From Methanobacteriota archaeon (GTDB taxonomy: Archaea > Thermoplasmatota > Poseidoniia > Poseidoniales > Poseidoniaceae): a stretch of DNA of 64,000 nucleotides. The translations under genes and the position numbers were made by a program. The stretch is from the NCBI GenBank assembly GCA_002726495.1, contig PBTH01000062.1, positions 9,239-73,238 on the forward strand. Direction: 5' to 3'. Positions 10,840 to 20,336 of the stretch are shown here, in pieces. The stretch's first letter is position 1, and each line of letters opens with the position of its first letter. The notes beneath the pieces are model-generated. The model saw only the letters and a list, made by a program, of their open reading frames with translations, made no database searches and was not told the DNA's origin.

Positions 10840-11286
10840 TCAAGAAGCGCGAATCCAAGGGACTTCTCGGCCTTTTACAGCCCAAAACATGTTGTGAATT
10901 GCCTCACATGCGTCCATGAGTTCTTGGGCGTGGTGTGCAGAAACCTCTACCTTGCATGCTGAGCATAGTTTTGCAGCATGCCAAAACGTGTCGTGCAAAT
11001 CTGGGTTTGCTTCAAGATGTTGTGGCTTAAAGAAGTCAGTCCAAAGAACAAGCAATTCATCTTTACATTTCTGGGCCTCTTCTTCCTTGATTGCTGCATA
11101 GCGAGACATGGTGTTGAGGTAGGATGCCATGGCTTGTCCATCGTTGGTCTCAGGGCATGTTAGGCCAAGCATTTTGTTGGTCATGGATTGAACTGCCTCC
11201 GCAGCAATTCGTGCGCTAGCGGGGTCGTATACACCGCATGGTCCGTCACAATGTGCTTCAGCTTCAATGAAAGGGGTTGTCTTCAT
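10840..11286 (-). CDS. sodN: Nickel superoxide dismutase
   Basis: Ni-hook HCDGPCGVYDP after an 11-aa leader; LWTDFFKP motif. Confidence 0.95.
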   Translation of the reverse strand: MKTTPFIEAEAHCDGPCGVYDPASARIAAEAVQSMTNKMLGLTCPETNDGQAMASYLNTMSRYAAIKEEEAQKCKDELLVLWTDFFKPQHLEANPDLHDTFWHAAKLCSACKVEVSAHHAQELMDACEAIHNMFWAVKGREVPWIRAS

Positions 11287-11350
11287 GCCCTACCCGAGCA
11301 ATCGGCATCATATGAATGTGATTCTTTCCCTTATTGAAGCGTTGAATCGC

Positions 11351-12256
11351 TCAAACCGTAAATGTGGTGCCTTCCTCGCCCCGTAATGCGTCGAGTACAG
11401 AACCTGGTGTGCAAAAAATACCTTGACCGGCTTCAACAATCGAGACATAGGAACATAATGCACGAACCTTAGGGCGCATGGATCCTGCTGGGAATTGTCC
11501 TTTTTCATCCATTGATTCCGCTTCTTCAACTGAAATGTTTCTAAGAGATTTAGCTTTTTTAGTTCCGAAATCAGTGTAAACGGCATCTGCATCTGTTGAG
11601 ATAATCAATGCATCAGCTTTGAGATCAATTGCTAAACGGGACGAGAGAAGGTCTTTGTCAATCACCGCAGGAACTCCAACAAGATGCCCGTCGCGGTCAA
11701 CAACAGGCACACCCCCTCCACCTCCGCATATGACCACTGCTTGCAGTTCAACCAACTTACGAATCACATCCAATTCCATGATTTGTAACGGCTCCGGACT
11801 TGCCACTACCCTACGAGGACCGTGTATTGTCTCAGCAATATCCCAATCAGCTGACATGACAGTCTTTGCATCGAGGATTGGACCCACTGGCTTTGTTGGA
11901 AGAGCAAAGGCGGGGTCGTCGCTATCAACTTCAACTCTCGTGAGGATTACGGCTGTACGTTCTGGCCGAAGGCGGCGTTGAAGTATTGCCTGTAAATTCA
12001 TCGAAAGGTCATGACCTATCATTCCTTGAGTTGCAGCAACCCACGACTCAAGGGAATGAATCCCATCAGCGTCCATTTCCATGAGGTGGCCAACTTGTGG
12101 TCCGTTTCCATGGGTAATGATAACGGTCCAATCCATCTCAAGTAAATCAATAACGTCGCTCATAACGCGAGCAAGAACCTCAGAACTGTTCGTTGAATCG
12201 CCTTTTGGAGGTTGCAACGCGTTGCCACCAAGTGCGTAAACCGCCAGTTTTTTCAT
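11351..12256 (-). CDS. arcC: Carbamate kinase (amino-acid kinase family)
   Basis: ALGGNAL, THGNGPQVG, PTKPVGP, RRVVASPEP, GGGGVPV, AVIDKD, GSMRPK. Confidence 0.9.
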   Translation of the reverse strand: MKKLAVYALGGNALQPPKGDSTNSSEVLARVMSDVIDLLEMDWTVIITHGNGPQVGHLMEMDADGIHSLESWVAATQGMIGHDLSMNLQAILQRRLRPERTAVILTRVEVDSDDPAFALPTKPVGPILDAKTVMSADWDIAETIHGPRRVVASPEPLQIMELDVIRKLVELQAVVICGGGGGVPVVDRDGHLVGVPAVIDKDLLSSRLAIDLKADALIISTDADAVYTDFGTKKAKSLRNISVEEAESMDEKGQFPAGSMRPKVRALCSYVSIVEAGQGIFCTPGSVLDALRGEEGTTFTV

Positions 12257-12381
12257 ACTTGTTTGTACTCGCCAAGGGTTTTGACCCTTTGCACGATTTC
12301 ATGGTTCAAACACTGATTTTCATCAAGCGCATGAAGGGTGACATTGAATTACACGCCCCGAATGGAAGGACAGGTGGGAGT

Positions 12382-13731
12382 ATGGCCAAGACGGTATGGA
12401 TTGGAGATATCCAAGATGGATTGCACAATGGACAAACCATTGAATTGAAAGGATGGATAAAGCGCACCCGTGGCTCTAACAAACTCCGATTTGTCGTTTT
12501 GAGGGATTCAACAGGAGACATCCAATGTGTCGGCAAACTCACAGATCTTGGAGAAGAAGTCTTTGAAGCGATGAAGGGCGCACTTATTGAATCAAGTGTT
12601 ATCCTCAACGGCACAGTAGTAGAATCCGAAAAGGCACCGGGTGGCCACGAAATCGTCGCTCAATCGTTTCAGATTGTAGGGGCTGTTGACCCAGAGCGCC
12701 CATTTCCAATCAACAAAGAGGCATTGAATGTCGTTGATGAGGATGGTGAACCCATGCCAGGTGGTTCGGAATTCTTGCTCAATAATCGCCATCTTTACCT
12801 CCGCACTAGCAGGATGACAACGATGTTAAAACTGCGAAGTTCTGCATTCGGTGCAATTCACAACTACTTCAGAAATGAAGATTTCATTGAATACCAAGCG
12901 CCCAACTTTGTGGCTGGAGCAGTTGAAGGCGGTTCTACACTGTTTGAAGTTCCATATTTCGGAGAAACTGCATACCTCACGCAGTCATGGCAACTCTATG
13001 CTGAGGCTGCCATGCCGGCTCTTGAGCGGCTCTACACCATCGCACCATCATTCCGTGCAGAAGAATCCCGAACTCGCCGACATCTCACTGAGTTTTGGCA
13101 TGCTGAAATGGAAATGGCTTGGGCCTCCAATGATGAAATTATGGCTCATGGTGAAGGCGTTGTTCGACACATAGCAAGGACGCTGCTTGACGAGCGAGAA
13201 GCAGAACTATCCTCCATTGACCGTGACTTGGAATTGGTTGCTCGTTATGCGGACAACCCCTATCCAAGAATGCGCTATGATGAGGCTGTTGAGACCCTAC
13301 AAGGAATGGGAGTTGATGTCAAGTGGGGCGATGATTTGGATTATTCAAAGGAAAAAGTCCTTACTCAGGATTTTGATGTCCCTCACTTTCTTACGCACTA
13401 CCCTAAGATTGCCAAGCCGTTTTATCACCGCGTTGACACAGAAGATGAAAAATACGTTCTTTGTCACGACCTCTTGGCGCCAGAAGGATATGGAGAGATC
13501 ATTGGTGGTGGTGAAAGGACGTGGTCTGAAGAGGAAATTCTTCGTCGCCTTGATGAAGAAGGCACGCCTCGTGAACCGTATCAGTTCTACATTGACACAC
13601 GAGCGTACGGTGGCGTACCTCACGGTGGATTCGGACTCGGTGTGGACCGAGTCGTAAGTTGGCTAGCCGGTGCATCACATATTCGCGAAGTCATTCCGTT
13701 CCCCCGAACGTCTCGCCGAGTAAAACCATGA
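12382..13731 (+). CDS. asnS: Asparagine--tRNA ligase
   Basis: OB-fold N-terminus; GAVEGGSTLF, FRAEESRTRRHLTEFW, PEGYGEIIGG, PHGGFGLG; start MAKTVW after GGTGGGAG. Confidence 0.88.
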   Translation: MAKTVWIGDIQDGLHNGQTIELKGWIKRTRGSNKLRFVVLRDSTGDIQCVGKLTDLGEEVFEAMKGALIESSVILNGTVVESEKAPGGHEIVAQSFQIVGAVDPERPFPINKEALNVVDEDGEPMPGGSEFLLNNRHLYLRTSRMTTMLKLRSSAFGAIHNYFRNEDFIEYQAPNFVAGAVEGGSTLFEVPYFGETAYLTQSWQLYAEAAMPALERLYTIAPSFRAEESRTRRHLTEFWHAEMEMAWASNDEIMAHGEGVVRHIARTLLDEREAELSSIDRDLELVARYADNPYPRMRYDEAVETLQGMGVDVKWGDDLDYSKEKVLTQDFDVPHFLTHYPKIAKPFYHRVDTEDEKYVLCHDLLAPEGYGEIIGGGERTWSEEEILRRLDEEGTPREPYQFYIDTRAYGGVPHGGFGLGVDRVVSWLAGASHIREVIPFPRTSRRVKP

Positions 13732-13842
13732 TCAAAGCAATGGCTTTCCACATTCCGGACAGGGTAAACCTGGTATGAACTCACCCAACAAAAATCCACA
13801 ATGTGGGCAGATGGATGTCAGAAAATCATCAACAAAAGACAT
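13732..13842 (-). CDS. CPxCG-type zinc-finger microprotein (36 aa)
   Basis: Hand translation MSFVDDFLTSICPHCGFLLGEFIPGLPCPECGKPLL; fills the gap between asnS and the HAD gene; below the ORF-track cutoff. Confidence 0.7.
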   Translation of the reverse strand: MSFVDDFLTSICPHCGFLLGEFIPGLPCPECGKPLL

Positions 13843-13867
13843 GAAACTCACTTCAATCGTTCCATCT

Positions 13868-14629
13868 TCAAGGTTTGGGTATGGAAAGTGATTCACAAAT
13901 TTGATTCAGTACAAGGGCTAAATCTTTTTCTTCGATGATGAAATGAGCGTGATTTTTAGGTTTGTCATCCCAAGGGTTGAATAAAATCGCACAATTACTT
14001 TCTCGGAACATTCCAATATCACCGGATGAGTCACCGACTGATGCAGTGTACTCTTTGGAAACTCCCATGCGACGTTGGAGCATCTTGACAATTGAGCCCT
14101 TTCCATCCATTTGAACCTGGTATCTTCCAAAATCTCCGATCAAACTTTCTCCGGATTCAGACGGCGTTGTTGCCAACCAACCGTTGGTGAAAACATGCAA
14201 CAACGTATCCATCCCTCCGGATTGTTCACGCGCTGTGTGGCGGTCAATACCTCCCCATCTACGCCGCCATGGTTGGTTCGATGGAAAACAAGCAGCGATA
14301 TCTCGTGCTGTTTTCTGCAGCCCTCCACTCACAATGGCTACATTCACATTGTGTTTGAGTAGATGTTCAATCAGCAGTTTCCATCCCTTCATCATTGGCA
14401 TCCCATCCATCAACGACCGAAGGTGTCCATCGGTTATGGGTTCTTCGAATGAGGATTTAATCAAATCCAAATCCAGTTTTATCCAATCCCATTCGTCCAG
14501 TTTTCCCTGATTGTAGAGTTCAAAGGACTCATCGTTTGAAATTCCGAGTTGGTCGTATACAAACTGCCAAGTTGACAGATGGTCAACTAAAACACGGTCC
14601 ATATCCAAGCATACAAGTTTCTCAACCAT
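13868..14629 (-). CDS. HAD-superfamily phosphatase (phosphoserine phosphatase-like)
   Basis: DMDRVLVD motif I, IVSGG motif II, K, VGDSSGD motif IV. Confidence 0.85.
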   Translation of the reverse strand: MVEKLVCLDMDRVLVDHLSTWQFVYDQLGISNDESFELYNQGKLDEWDWIKLDLDLIKSSFEEPITDGHLRSLMDGMPMMKGWKLLIEHLLKHNVNVAIVSGGLQKTARDIAACFPSNQPWRRRWGGIDRHTAREQSGGMDTLLHVFTNGWLATTPSESGESLIGDFGRYQVQMDGKGSIVKMLQRRMGVSKEYTASVGDSSGDIGMFRESNCAILFNPWDDKPKNHAHFIIEEKDLALVLNQICESLSIPKP

Positions 14630-14652
14630 AACTCAACACCCCTCTCACAAGT

Positions 14653-15483
14653 TCAATTTTGTTTCGGCCAATTGTACTGGTGCTGAATACGTTCAACTTG
14701 TTTGCCCATGATATAGAGAATAATCGCTACCATCATGGCGAAAAGTCCGACCAGCGTCATAGCGATTGTCACCAATGTAACTCCAATAGACGTACTGTTC
14801 AGCTCAGTGAACATGGACGCTAAATCACCCGACAAACGATAACCAAGCACGAAGATGACCACCCCCGGAATACCGAACAGCAAAAGAGGATGTTTTGATT
14901 CCAACATCCAATAAAACAACTGAGCAAAACGAGAAGCTGTTGCTAAGGATTCCCGTTGAGGTAGGTTGATGGGAGCCTCTGCTTCAACAAATCGGACTTG
15001 CAATTTGTCCGAAACGTCTTGTTGCGTCCCAAGAGGTGACATCGCCGCAAGAGCTTGACAGCCGGCTTCACTCAAAACCAAGTGGCGCATTTTTGTAGAT
15101 GAAAGCACAACATCGGCGTCATCTTCAACTCCCGAAGATTCATCCTTGTAGGTGTAATGAATATCCCAAGGCTCTCTCGCTCTGTTTACAGCAAGAGGAA
15201 GGTTCGAAAGTTTCCATCCTCTTGACACACGTAGTATCAGGGTATTTCCTTCCGTAAGGTCATGTTCTAAGAGATAGGAAGCGATGGATTGAGGAGAAAA
15301 CTCTCCATTGTAATGGCAGACTTTGCTGCCTACTTCTTGAGCCAATTCAACCGTTTCATCATTTGAACCGGTGTCAAGAAGTATGACTTCATTTGCAACT
15401 TCTCGGCAACGGATGATCAACGAAACAATTCGCAACTCAATGTCTCGGGCGAGCAAGACAATGCGCGTGAGTGAATCTGACAC
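14653..15483 (-). CDS. Degenerate GT2-like membrane protein
   Basis: ILLDTGSNDETVELA GT2-like N-terminus; C-terminal HPLLLFGIPG plus 2 TM helices; no clear DxD. Confidence 0.55.
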   Translation of the reverse strand: MSDSLTRIVLLARDIELRIVSLIIRCREVANEVILLDTGSNDETVELAQEVGSKVCHYNGEFSPQSIASYLLEHDLTEGNTLILRVSRGWKLSNLPLAVNRAREPWDIHYTYKDESSGVEDDADVVLSSTKMRHLVLSEAGCQALAAMSPLGTQQDVSDKLQVRFVEAEAPINLPQRESLATASRFAQLFYWMLESKHPLLLFGIPGVVIFVLGYRLSGDLASMFTELNSTSIGVTLVTIAMTLVGLFAMMVAIILYIMGKQVERIQHQYNWPKQN

Positions 15484-15585
15484 ACATTATCCTGATTCAT
15501 TTAACCTATGAATCCTGTTCTTCATTTCAACACTCCAATACGGTTTCAGGCGTACTTTCATGAGAAGCAGACCTTAGGGGGTGAC

Positions 15586-16503
15586 ATGCAACAGGGCTGG
15601 AAGGTGGGTGTTGTCATTCCAGCGCGCAATGAAGAGGCACATATTGCGACCGTCTTAGAAACACTACCAAAGTCAGTAGATCTTGCTGTTGTCGTCAACG
15701 ATGGGTCAACGGATAACACAGAGAGAATCGCTGAAACTACGAAAATCACGACTGAAATCGCTATCCTAAACACCGGAGGAATCGGTGTGGGTGGAGCAAT
15801 TGACGCCGGCCACAACTACCTAATTGACCGATTCAAAGTTCCGTTTGTTAGCGTCATTATGGCAGGCGATGGACAAATGAATCCTAACGACTTGAATTCA
15901 TTGGTTGACCCGGTAATTAACGGTCAATTCGACCATGTAAAGGGTGACCGCTCCAAGCATAACAAAGGGTACAATCAAATGCCCCTTATCAGAAAATTAG
16001 CTTCCGTGATTCTTTCCTTTTTTACAACACTTGCCGCAGGTCAGCGAATACGAGACCCACAATGTGGATTTACTGCAACATCACACCTAGTGCTTAAGGA
16101 ATGGAATTGGAATCGTTCTTGGAACGGCTATGGTTACCCAAACTTTTGGCTGATCAACTTGGCTCAACAGGGATGGAGGATTGGACATGTTCCTGTTGAA
16201 TCAATCTATAGAAAAGAAAACTCCGGGATAAAACCTCTTGGCTTTTTCATTCGTGTCGGAACGATGATGGCCATTGAGCATCACCGACGTAACATCTCTT
16301 GGTTGTTGGGGCGAAACACCTCAGTATACACATTTTGCGCATTCATCAGTTACATTCTTGGGTGGGTTGGAATGGTTGGCGGATTTTCAATATCAAAGCA
16401 AGTATTCTGGAGCATCGAGCCAACTACATTTCTAGTCACCGGTTTGCTCTGGACAATAGCGCACATTTTTGATAGAATGGCAACAGTGGCTCAACACAGG
16501 TGA
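15586..16503 (+). CDS. Glycosyltransferase family 2
   Basis: VVIPARNEE, VNDGSTDNT, AGDGQM, DPQCGFTA; C-terminal TM helices. Confidence 0.9.
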   Translation: MQQGWKVGVVIPARNEEAHIATVLETLPKSVDLAVVVNDGSTDNTERIAETTKITTEIAILNTGGIGVGGAIDAGHNYLIDRFKVPFVSVIMAGDGQMNPNDLNSLVDPVINGQFDHVKGDRSKHNKGYNQMPLIRKLASVILSFFTTLAAGQRIRDPQCGFTATSHLVLKEWNWNRSWNGYGYPNFWLINLAQQGWRIGHVPVESIYRKENSGIKPLGFFIRVGTMMAIEHHRRNISWLLGRNTSVYTFCAFISYILGWVGMVGGFSISKQVFWSIEPTTFLVTGLLWTIAHIFDRMATVAQHR

Positions 16504-16509
16504 CATAAG

Positions 16510-16845
16510 ATGCGGCGTCATGACAGGAGAAAAATACCGCGTAAAGCTCATGCTCGTCACATTTTAGTCACAAATAAACCCGATGCACGAGAGATCCTAG
16601 AATTGATTCAAAACGCCAAGAAGCCCTTCAAAGTGTTCAAAAAACTAGCAAAGAAGTATTCCAATTGCCCAAGTGCAAGTAAGGGGGGAGACTTGGGAGA
16701 ATTTATTGAAGGACAAATGGCGCAGGACTTTGAAGAAGCTGTTTGGTCAGCTGAACTTGAAACTGCCCCTGACTCGTATGTGAAGACTCAATTCGGATTC
16801 CACATCATATGGGTTCATTCTGTTGGCGAATACCAACGCTCATGA
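16510..16845 (+). CDS. ppiC: Parvulin-type peptidyl-prolyl cis-trans isomerase
   Basis: ARHILV, LAKKYSNCPS..GGDLGEF..GQM, KTQFGFHII. Confidence 0.9.
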   Translation: MRRHDRRKIPRKAHARHILVTNKPDAREILELIQNAKKPFKVFKKLAKKYSNCPSASKGGDLGEFIEGQMAQDFEEAVWSAELETAPDSYVKTQFGFHIIWVHSVGEYQRS

Positions 16846-16850
16846 AGTAA

Positions 16851-16928
16851 TGGTGGGCGTACCAAGATTTGAACTTGGGTCCAAGCGTCCCAAACGCCCG
16901 AGTATAGGCCAAACTAACCCATACGCCC
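16851..16928 (-). tRNA. tRNA-Pro(TGG), CCA encoded
   Basis: Reverse complement GGGCGTA...TACGCCC-ACCA; anticodon loop TTTGGGA; GTTCAAATC T-loop. Confidence 0.92.
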
Positions 16929-16962
16929 GTTATCCTTTCCCACGAGGTCTTACCTATGAACT

Positions 16963-17403
16963 TCACTCAAGGAACTGCCAGCGTCCATCAGCGATACGGA
17001 GGACCAATCCTTCCTGTTCAGCACGCTCCATAAGCCCATCAGCCTCCATTTCTGCATGATAGTCAGCGAGTACTGAATTGACTGTGATTCTACCTACAGA
17101 ATGTGTCTCGTCACTACGACGGCGGATCATTTCAATCAAAACGTTCGGTGAGGGAGTATCTTGTTCATCAAACAACAATTCATTTTTAGATAACTTTTCT
17201 CTCAAAGCGCCCCTTAGGTCTTCAGGAGTGTTTGCTAAGGCTACCTCAATACGCAGTTGGGACGATGATTTCGCAATACCGAGTACTTCAGCGGAATCTG
17301 TAACTCGTTGTCCACAGTGAGGACAGCGCCCGGACAGGGAGCGATTCCCGAAACACATGTTACAAGCTGGGCAACGGATGATGAGCCATTTTTTTTCAGT
17401 CAT
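16963..17403 (-). CDS. Zinc-ribbon protein with possible C-terminal winged helix
   Basis: MTEKKWLIIRCPAC..CPHCG; C-terminal EGLVLRIADGRWQF. Confidence 0.6.
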   Translation of the reverse strand: MTEKKWLIIRCPACNMCFGNRSLSGRCPHCGQRVTDSAEVLGIAKSSSQLRIEVALANTPEDLRGALREKLSKNELLFDEQDTPSPNVLIEMIRRRSDETHSVGRITVNSVLADYHAEMEADGLMERAEQEGLVLRIADGRWQFLE

Positions 17404-17434
17404 AGCACAACAACTCTCCGACAACAAATAAACT

Positions 17435-18076
17435 TCACAGAGTGAAATCGTGCTTGTTTTGAGGTTGTCCAGGACGCCGTGCAGGTGCTGCAGGTGCCTT
17501 TGTGTCGACTCGCTTCTTGGGCTCCTCTGCTCTGCGAGTGAGTGCTCCACGTATTGGCCCAGTTCTTGTCTTTGCACCAAGAGAAAGGGAATCCGGCAAG
17601 ATGAGAGCAGCTATTGCCACACCATGATGGTCTTGCCCAGCGGTTACTTCATCCACAGCAACATCAAATTCTACGACTTCTAAATCCCTACTGGCAAGTC
17701 TACGCTGTAGGTTTCTTCGAAGAAGAATCGTGGTTTCCTCATAATCAAGAGCGGTGGTGATGGTAGCAACAATGGTACATTCATCACCTTCTGGAGTCAC
17801 ACAAGATGCCCAGGCAACACCTGCAGATGCGGAGGAACCGTTCCAAGCATATGCTGTTGCAAGGTGGCATTCAACCAATGACCCCATTGGCAACGACCGA
17901 GGAGGTGTTGCGCCAAAACCAAGGGGAAGCATCGCACCTTGAGCTTGGATAATTCGGCTATCTCCCAATCCAAGTTCAACAAGACCTTGGTCAAAAGCAT
18001 CCTCAGCATTTTCTCCCCAAGGGGCGACTGCCGTCATTAACCAACCGGGGCAAGATGGCCCAGAACTACGCTGCAT
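17435..18076 (-). CDS. Pyruvoyl-dependent arginine decarboxylase (PdaD)-like protein, cleavage serine absent
   Basis: AFDQGLVELGLGD..LP, SASAGVAWA and AIAALIL match the PdaD fold; start uncertain. Confidence 0.6.
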   Translation of the reverse strand: MQRSSGPSCPGWLMTAVAPWGENAEDAFDQGLVELGLGDSRIIQAQGAMLPLGFGATPPRSLPMGSLVECHLATAYAWNGSSASAGVAWASCVTPEGDECTIVATITTALDYEETTILLRRNLQRRLASRDLEVVEFDVAVDEVTAGQDHHGVAIAALILPDSLSLGAKTRTGPIRGALTRRAEEPKKRVDTKAPAAPARRPGQPQNKHDFTL

Positions 18077-18127
18077 GCCGTGACACTGTCGCAACGGGTT
18101 CATGAACAACATGGTCGTGCAGTTACC

Positions 18128-18418
18128 ATGGGCTCACGTACGAGACGCATCATGTTGATGGCGGCTATCATCAATATAGGCATGTGGATTGGGGCCATAT
18201 TCTTAGAAAGTAAGCATTCGCTTGCTCTTGTCACTACGACGCTAATTATTACCATTATAGGAGCTGTTTTGACGATTTGGAAGAGCGGCGATAAACCCCC
18301 TTTTCATTTACCGTCAAGTGGTGGCAATCCGGCAAACAATGGTTTGATCGAATCACCATTGGTTAACGAACCGTTACCGGACCCAATGGACTACGACATA
18401 GAAATGCCTTTTTCGTAA
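18128..18418 (+). CDS. Small two-TM membrane protein
   Basis: Two hydrophobic helices; tail LPDPMDYDIEMP; fills the gap between genes. Confidence 0.6.
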   Translation: MGSRTRRIMLMAAIINIGMWIGAIFLESKHSLALVTTTLIITIIGAVLTIWKSGDKPPFHLPSSGGNPANNGLIESPLVNEPLPDPMDYDIEMPFS

Positions 18419-20323
18419 TCAAAGGAGACGAACTGTCTCAAGATTCTTTGGCGCATAAGTTCTGCAACGATACCGCTCCCTTAGAGTGTGACCAAGTTCG
18501 TTGCATTTTTGATAATCGCCGTGATGGCAAATGATGTTTCGTGGTTTGGGGTTCAATTGGTCAACAAATTCAAGAAGTTGCCTTCGGTCTGAATGACCAG
18601 AGAAACCGTCAATTGTAACCATCTCACAACCAATCTTGACAATTTCCGTTTTTCCATTAATCATCATAGGTACTTCACCAAACCCTTTCTGAAGCCTGCG
18701 TCCAAGTGTACCCTCGGCTTGGTAGCCGACAAAGCAAAGCGAGTTACGTTCTTCATGAGCCCAATTCTTGAAATATTCCATAACAGGACCGCCATTGAGC
18801 ATTCCAGAAGTCGCTAAAACGATGCATGGTGACGGGTCCATAACAATACTTTCACGAAGTTCCCGTCCTTTGACTGGGCGGAACCATTCACTTGTAAACG
18901 GATTCTCCCCATCATCCTTAAGCAAAGATTTGCTCAATGAATTGGTCAAGTACTTTGGATGAGCTGCGTGAATAGCAGTTGCTTCTTGGATCATTCCATC
19001 AAGCCAAACTGGAACGGGTTTAACCGTCCCAGATCTAAACAATTCATCGATAGCGATCATGACCTCTTGACTGCGGCCAACAGCGAACACGGGGCAGATC
19101 ATCTTTCCACCACGAAGCAATGTCCTTGAAACAATATCCTGAAGTTCTTGATTCGCCTCTTGACGTGATGGTTGATAATCACCGGATGCTCCGTAAGTTG
19201 ATTCAATCACGAGGGTTTCAACCCTTGGGAAACGAGTGTTTGCAGCATCAAAGAGCCATGATTTCTCATACTTTTGATCTCCACTGAAGACGATGTTATG
19301 CTTACCATCTGCAATGTTGAGGTGTACTGCAGAAGAGCCAAGAATATGTCCTGCATTTGAGAATGTCAATTTGACATCTGGGGCAATATCGGTTGTTTCA
19401 CCCCAGTCAACATCCACAACATGCTTCATACACATTCGTATGTCTTCCATGTCATAGGGTGAACGCTTGCCCTCAGCACCCCCGACTTTGAGATAATCTG
19501 TTTGTAACAAGAGCATCAAATCTCGGGTGGGTGGAGTGCAAAAAACCGGACCTCTGTATCCATATTTGAACAAAACAGGCAGCATTCCTGCATGGTCAAG
19601 GTGAGAGTGCGTCAAAACCACAGCATCCAGTTTTTCCAGTGGGAGCGCCTCTGGAGCCGTAAAATACGGCATCGGGTCGGTGTCGGAGGCAATGTTAACC
19701 CCAACATCGATCATAATTCTTGATTCATTGGTCGTTACAAAATGACATGCCCGGCCAACTTCACGGTAGGATCCAAGAGCAGTTACACGCGCCCAAGTGG
19801 CTCCTGGGCGAGTAGGGCGGTGAATGTTAAGGCCAAAATCCTTCAACAATTTCCTACGTTCATCAGCTTTTTCTTGGCGGTAACCGCGGATGTCGTGAAC
19901 CGTCTTTGAGAAGAGAGGCGGGGTACGTTCAACCTTGACGGACCAACCGGTTTCGTCACGAATCTTTCGAGTATTTTCTCCACGACGTCCCACAGCAGTA
20001 CCTGGATTTTTACATTGAATCGTCACTTCACGATAGCAGCCATCAAAGTACATCTCTGTGATTTCTGAATCTTCTGGGATGAGGTTTTCAATCACTTCTT
20101 TTGCAGCATCAAGATCCATCATAGCATCAAGAGGTGAGCGCAAAACAATCTTTCTCTTGATTCGCTTTGCAATCTTTCCAATGAGCCCGTCACGACCGCC
20201 AAACTGGTCCATTTGGGTCGTAATGATAGCAATGTTACCCGCTTCTAAATCAACGCTGTAATCGACCGTCTTTGGTACAATTTTCGCGATTTCGTCTTTC
20301 AATTCTTTGTAGGTCATTTGCAT
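18419..20323 (-). CDS. fttA: Beta-CASP ribonuclease aCPSF1 / transcription termination factor FttA
   Basis: N-terminal KH domains; HSHLDH, AGHILGS, ESTYG, GFSGHSD; downstream of psmB as in many archaea. Confidence 0.93.
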   Translation of the reverse strand: MQMTYKELKDEIAKIVPKTVDYSVDLEAGNIAIITTQMDQFGGRDGLIGKIAKRIKRKIVLRSPLDAMMDLDAAKEVIENLIPEDSEITEMYFDGCYREVTIQCKNPGTAVGRRGENTRKIRDETGWSVKVERTPPLFSKTVHDIRGYRQEKADERRKLLKDFGLNIHRPTRPGATWARVTALGSYREVGRACHFVTTNESRIMIDVGVNIASDTDPMPYFTAPEALPLEKLDAVVLTHSHLDHAGMLPVLFKYGYRGPVFCTPPTRDLMLLLQTDYLKVGGAEGKRSPYDMEDIRMCMKHVVDVDWGETTDIAPDVKLTFSNAGHILGSSAVHLNIADGKHNIVFSGDQKYEKSWLFDAANTRFPRVETLVIESTYGASGDYQPSRQEANQELQDIVSRTLLRGGKMICPVFAVGRSQEVMIAIDELFRSGTVKPVPVWLDGMIQEATAIHAAHPKYLTNSLSKSLLKDDGENPFTSEWFRPVKGRELRESIVMDPSPCIVLATSGMLNGGPVMEYFKNWAHEERNSLCFVGYQAEGTLGRRLQKGFGEVPMMINGKTEIVKIGCEMVTIDGFSGHSDRRQLLEFVDQLNPKPRNIICHHGDYQKCNELGHTLRERYRCRTYAPKNLETVRLL

Positions 20324-20336
20324 AGTATCTACCTCG

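Noticed and set aside
12193-12381. Long N-terminal extensions of asnS (also pccB to 57965 and pdxS from 34644)
   Set aside because: They overlap neighbouring genes or promoter regions; downstream ATGs match the family N-termini
10453-16928. Possible integrated element bounded by tRNA-Lys and tRNA-Pro
   Set aside because: No integrase or duplicated tRNA end seen, and the interval contains core asnS
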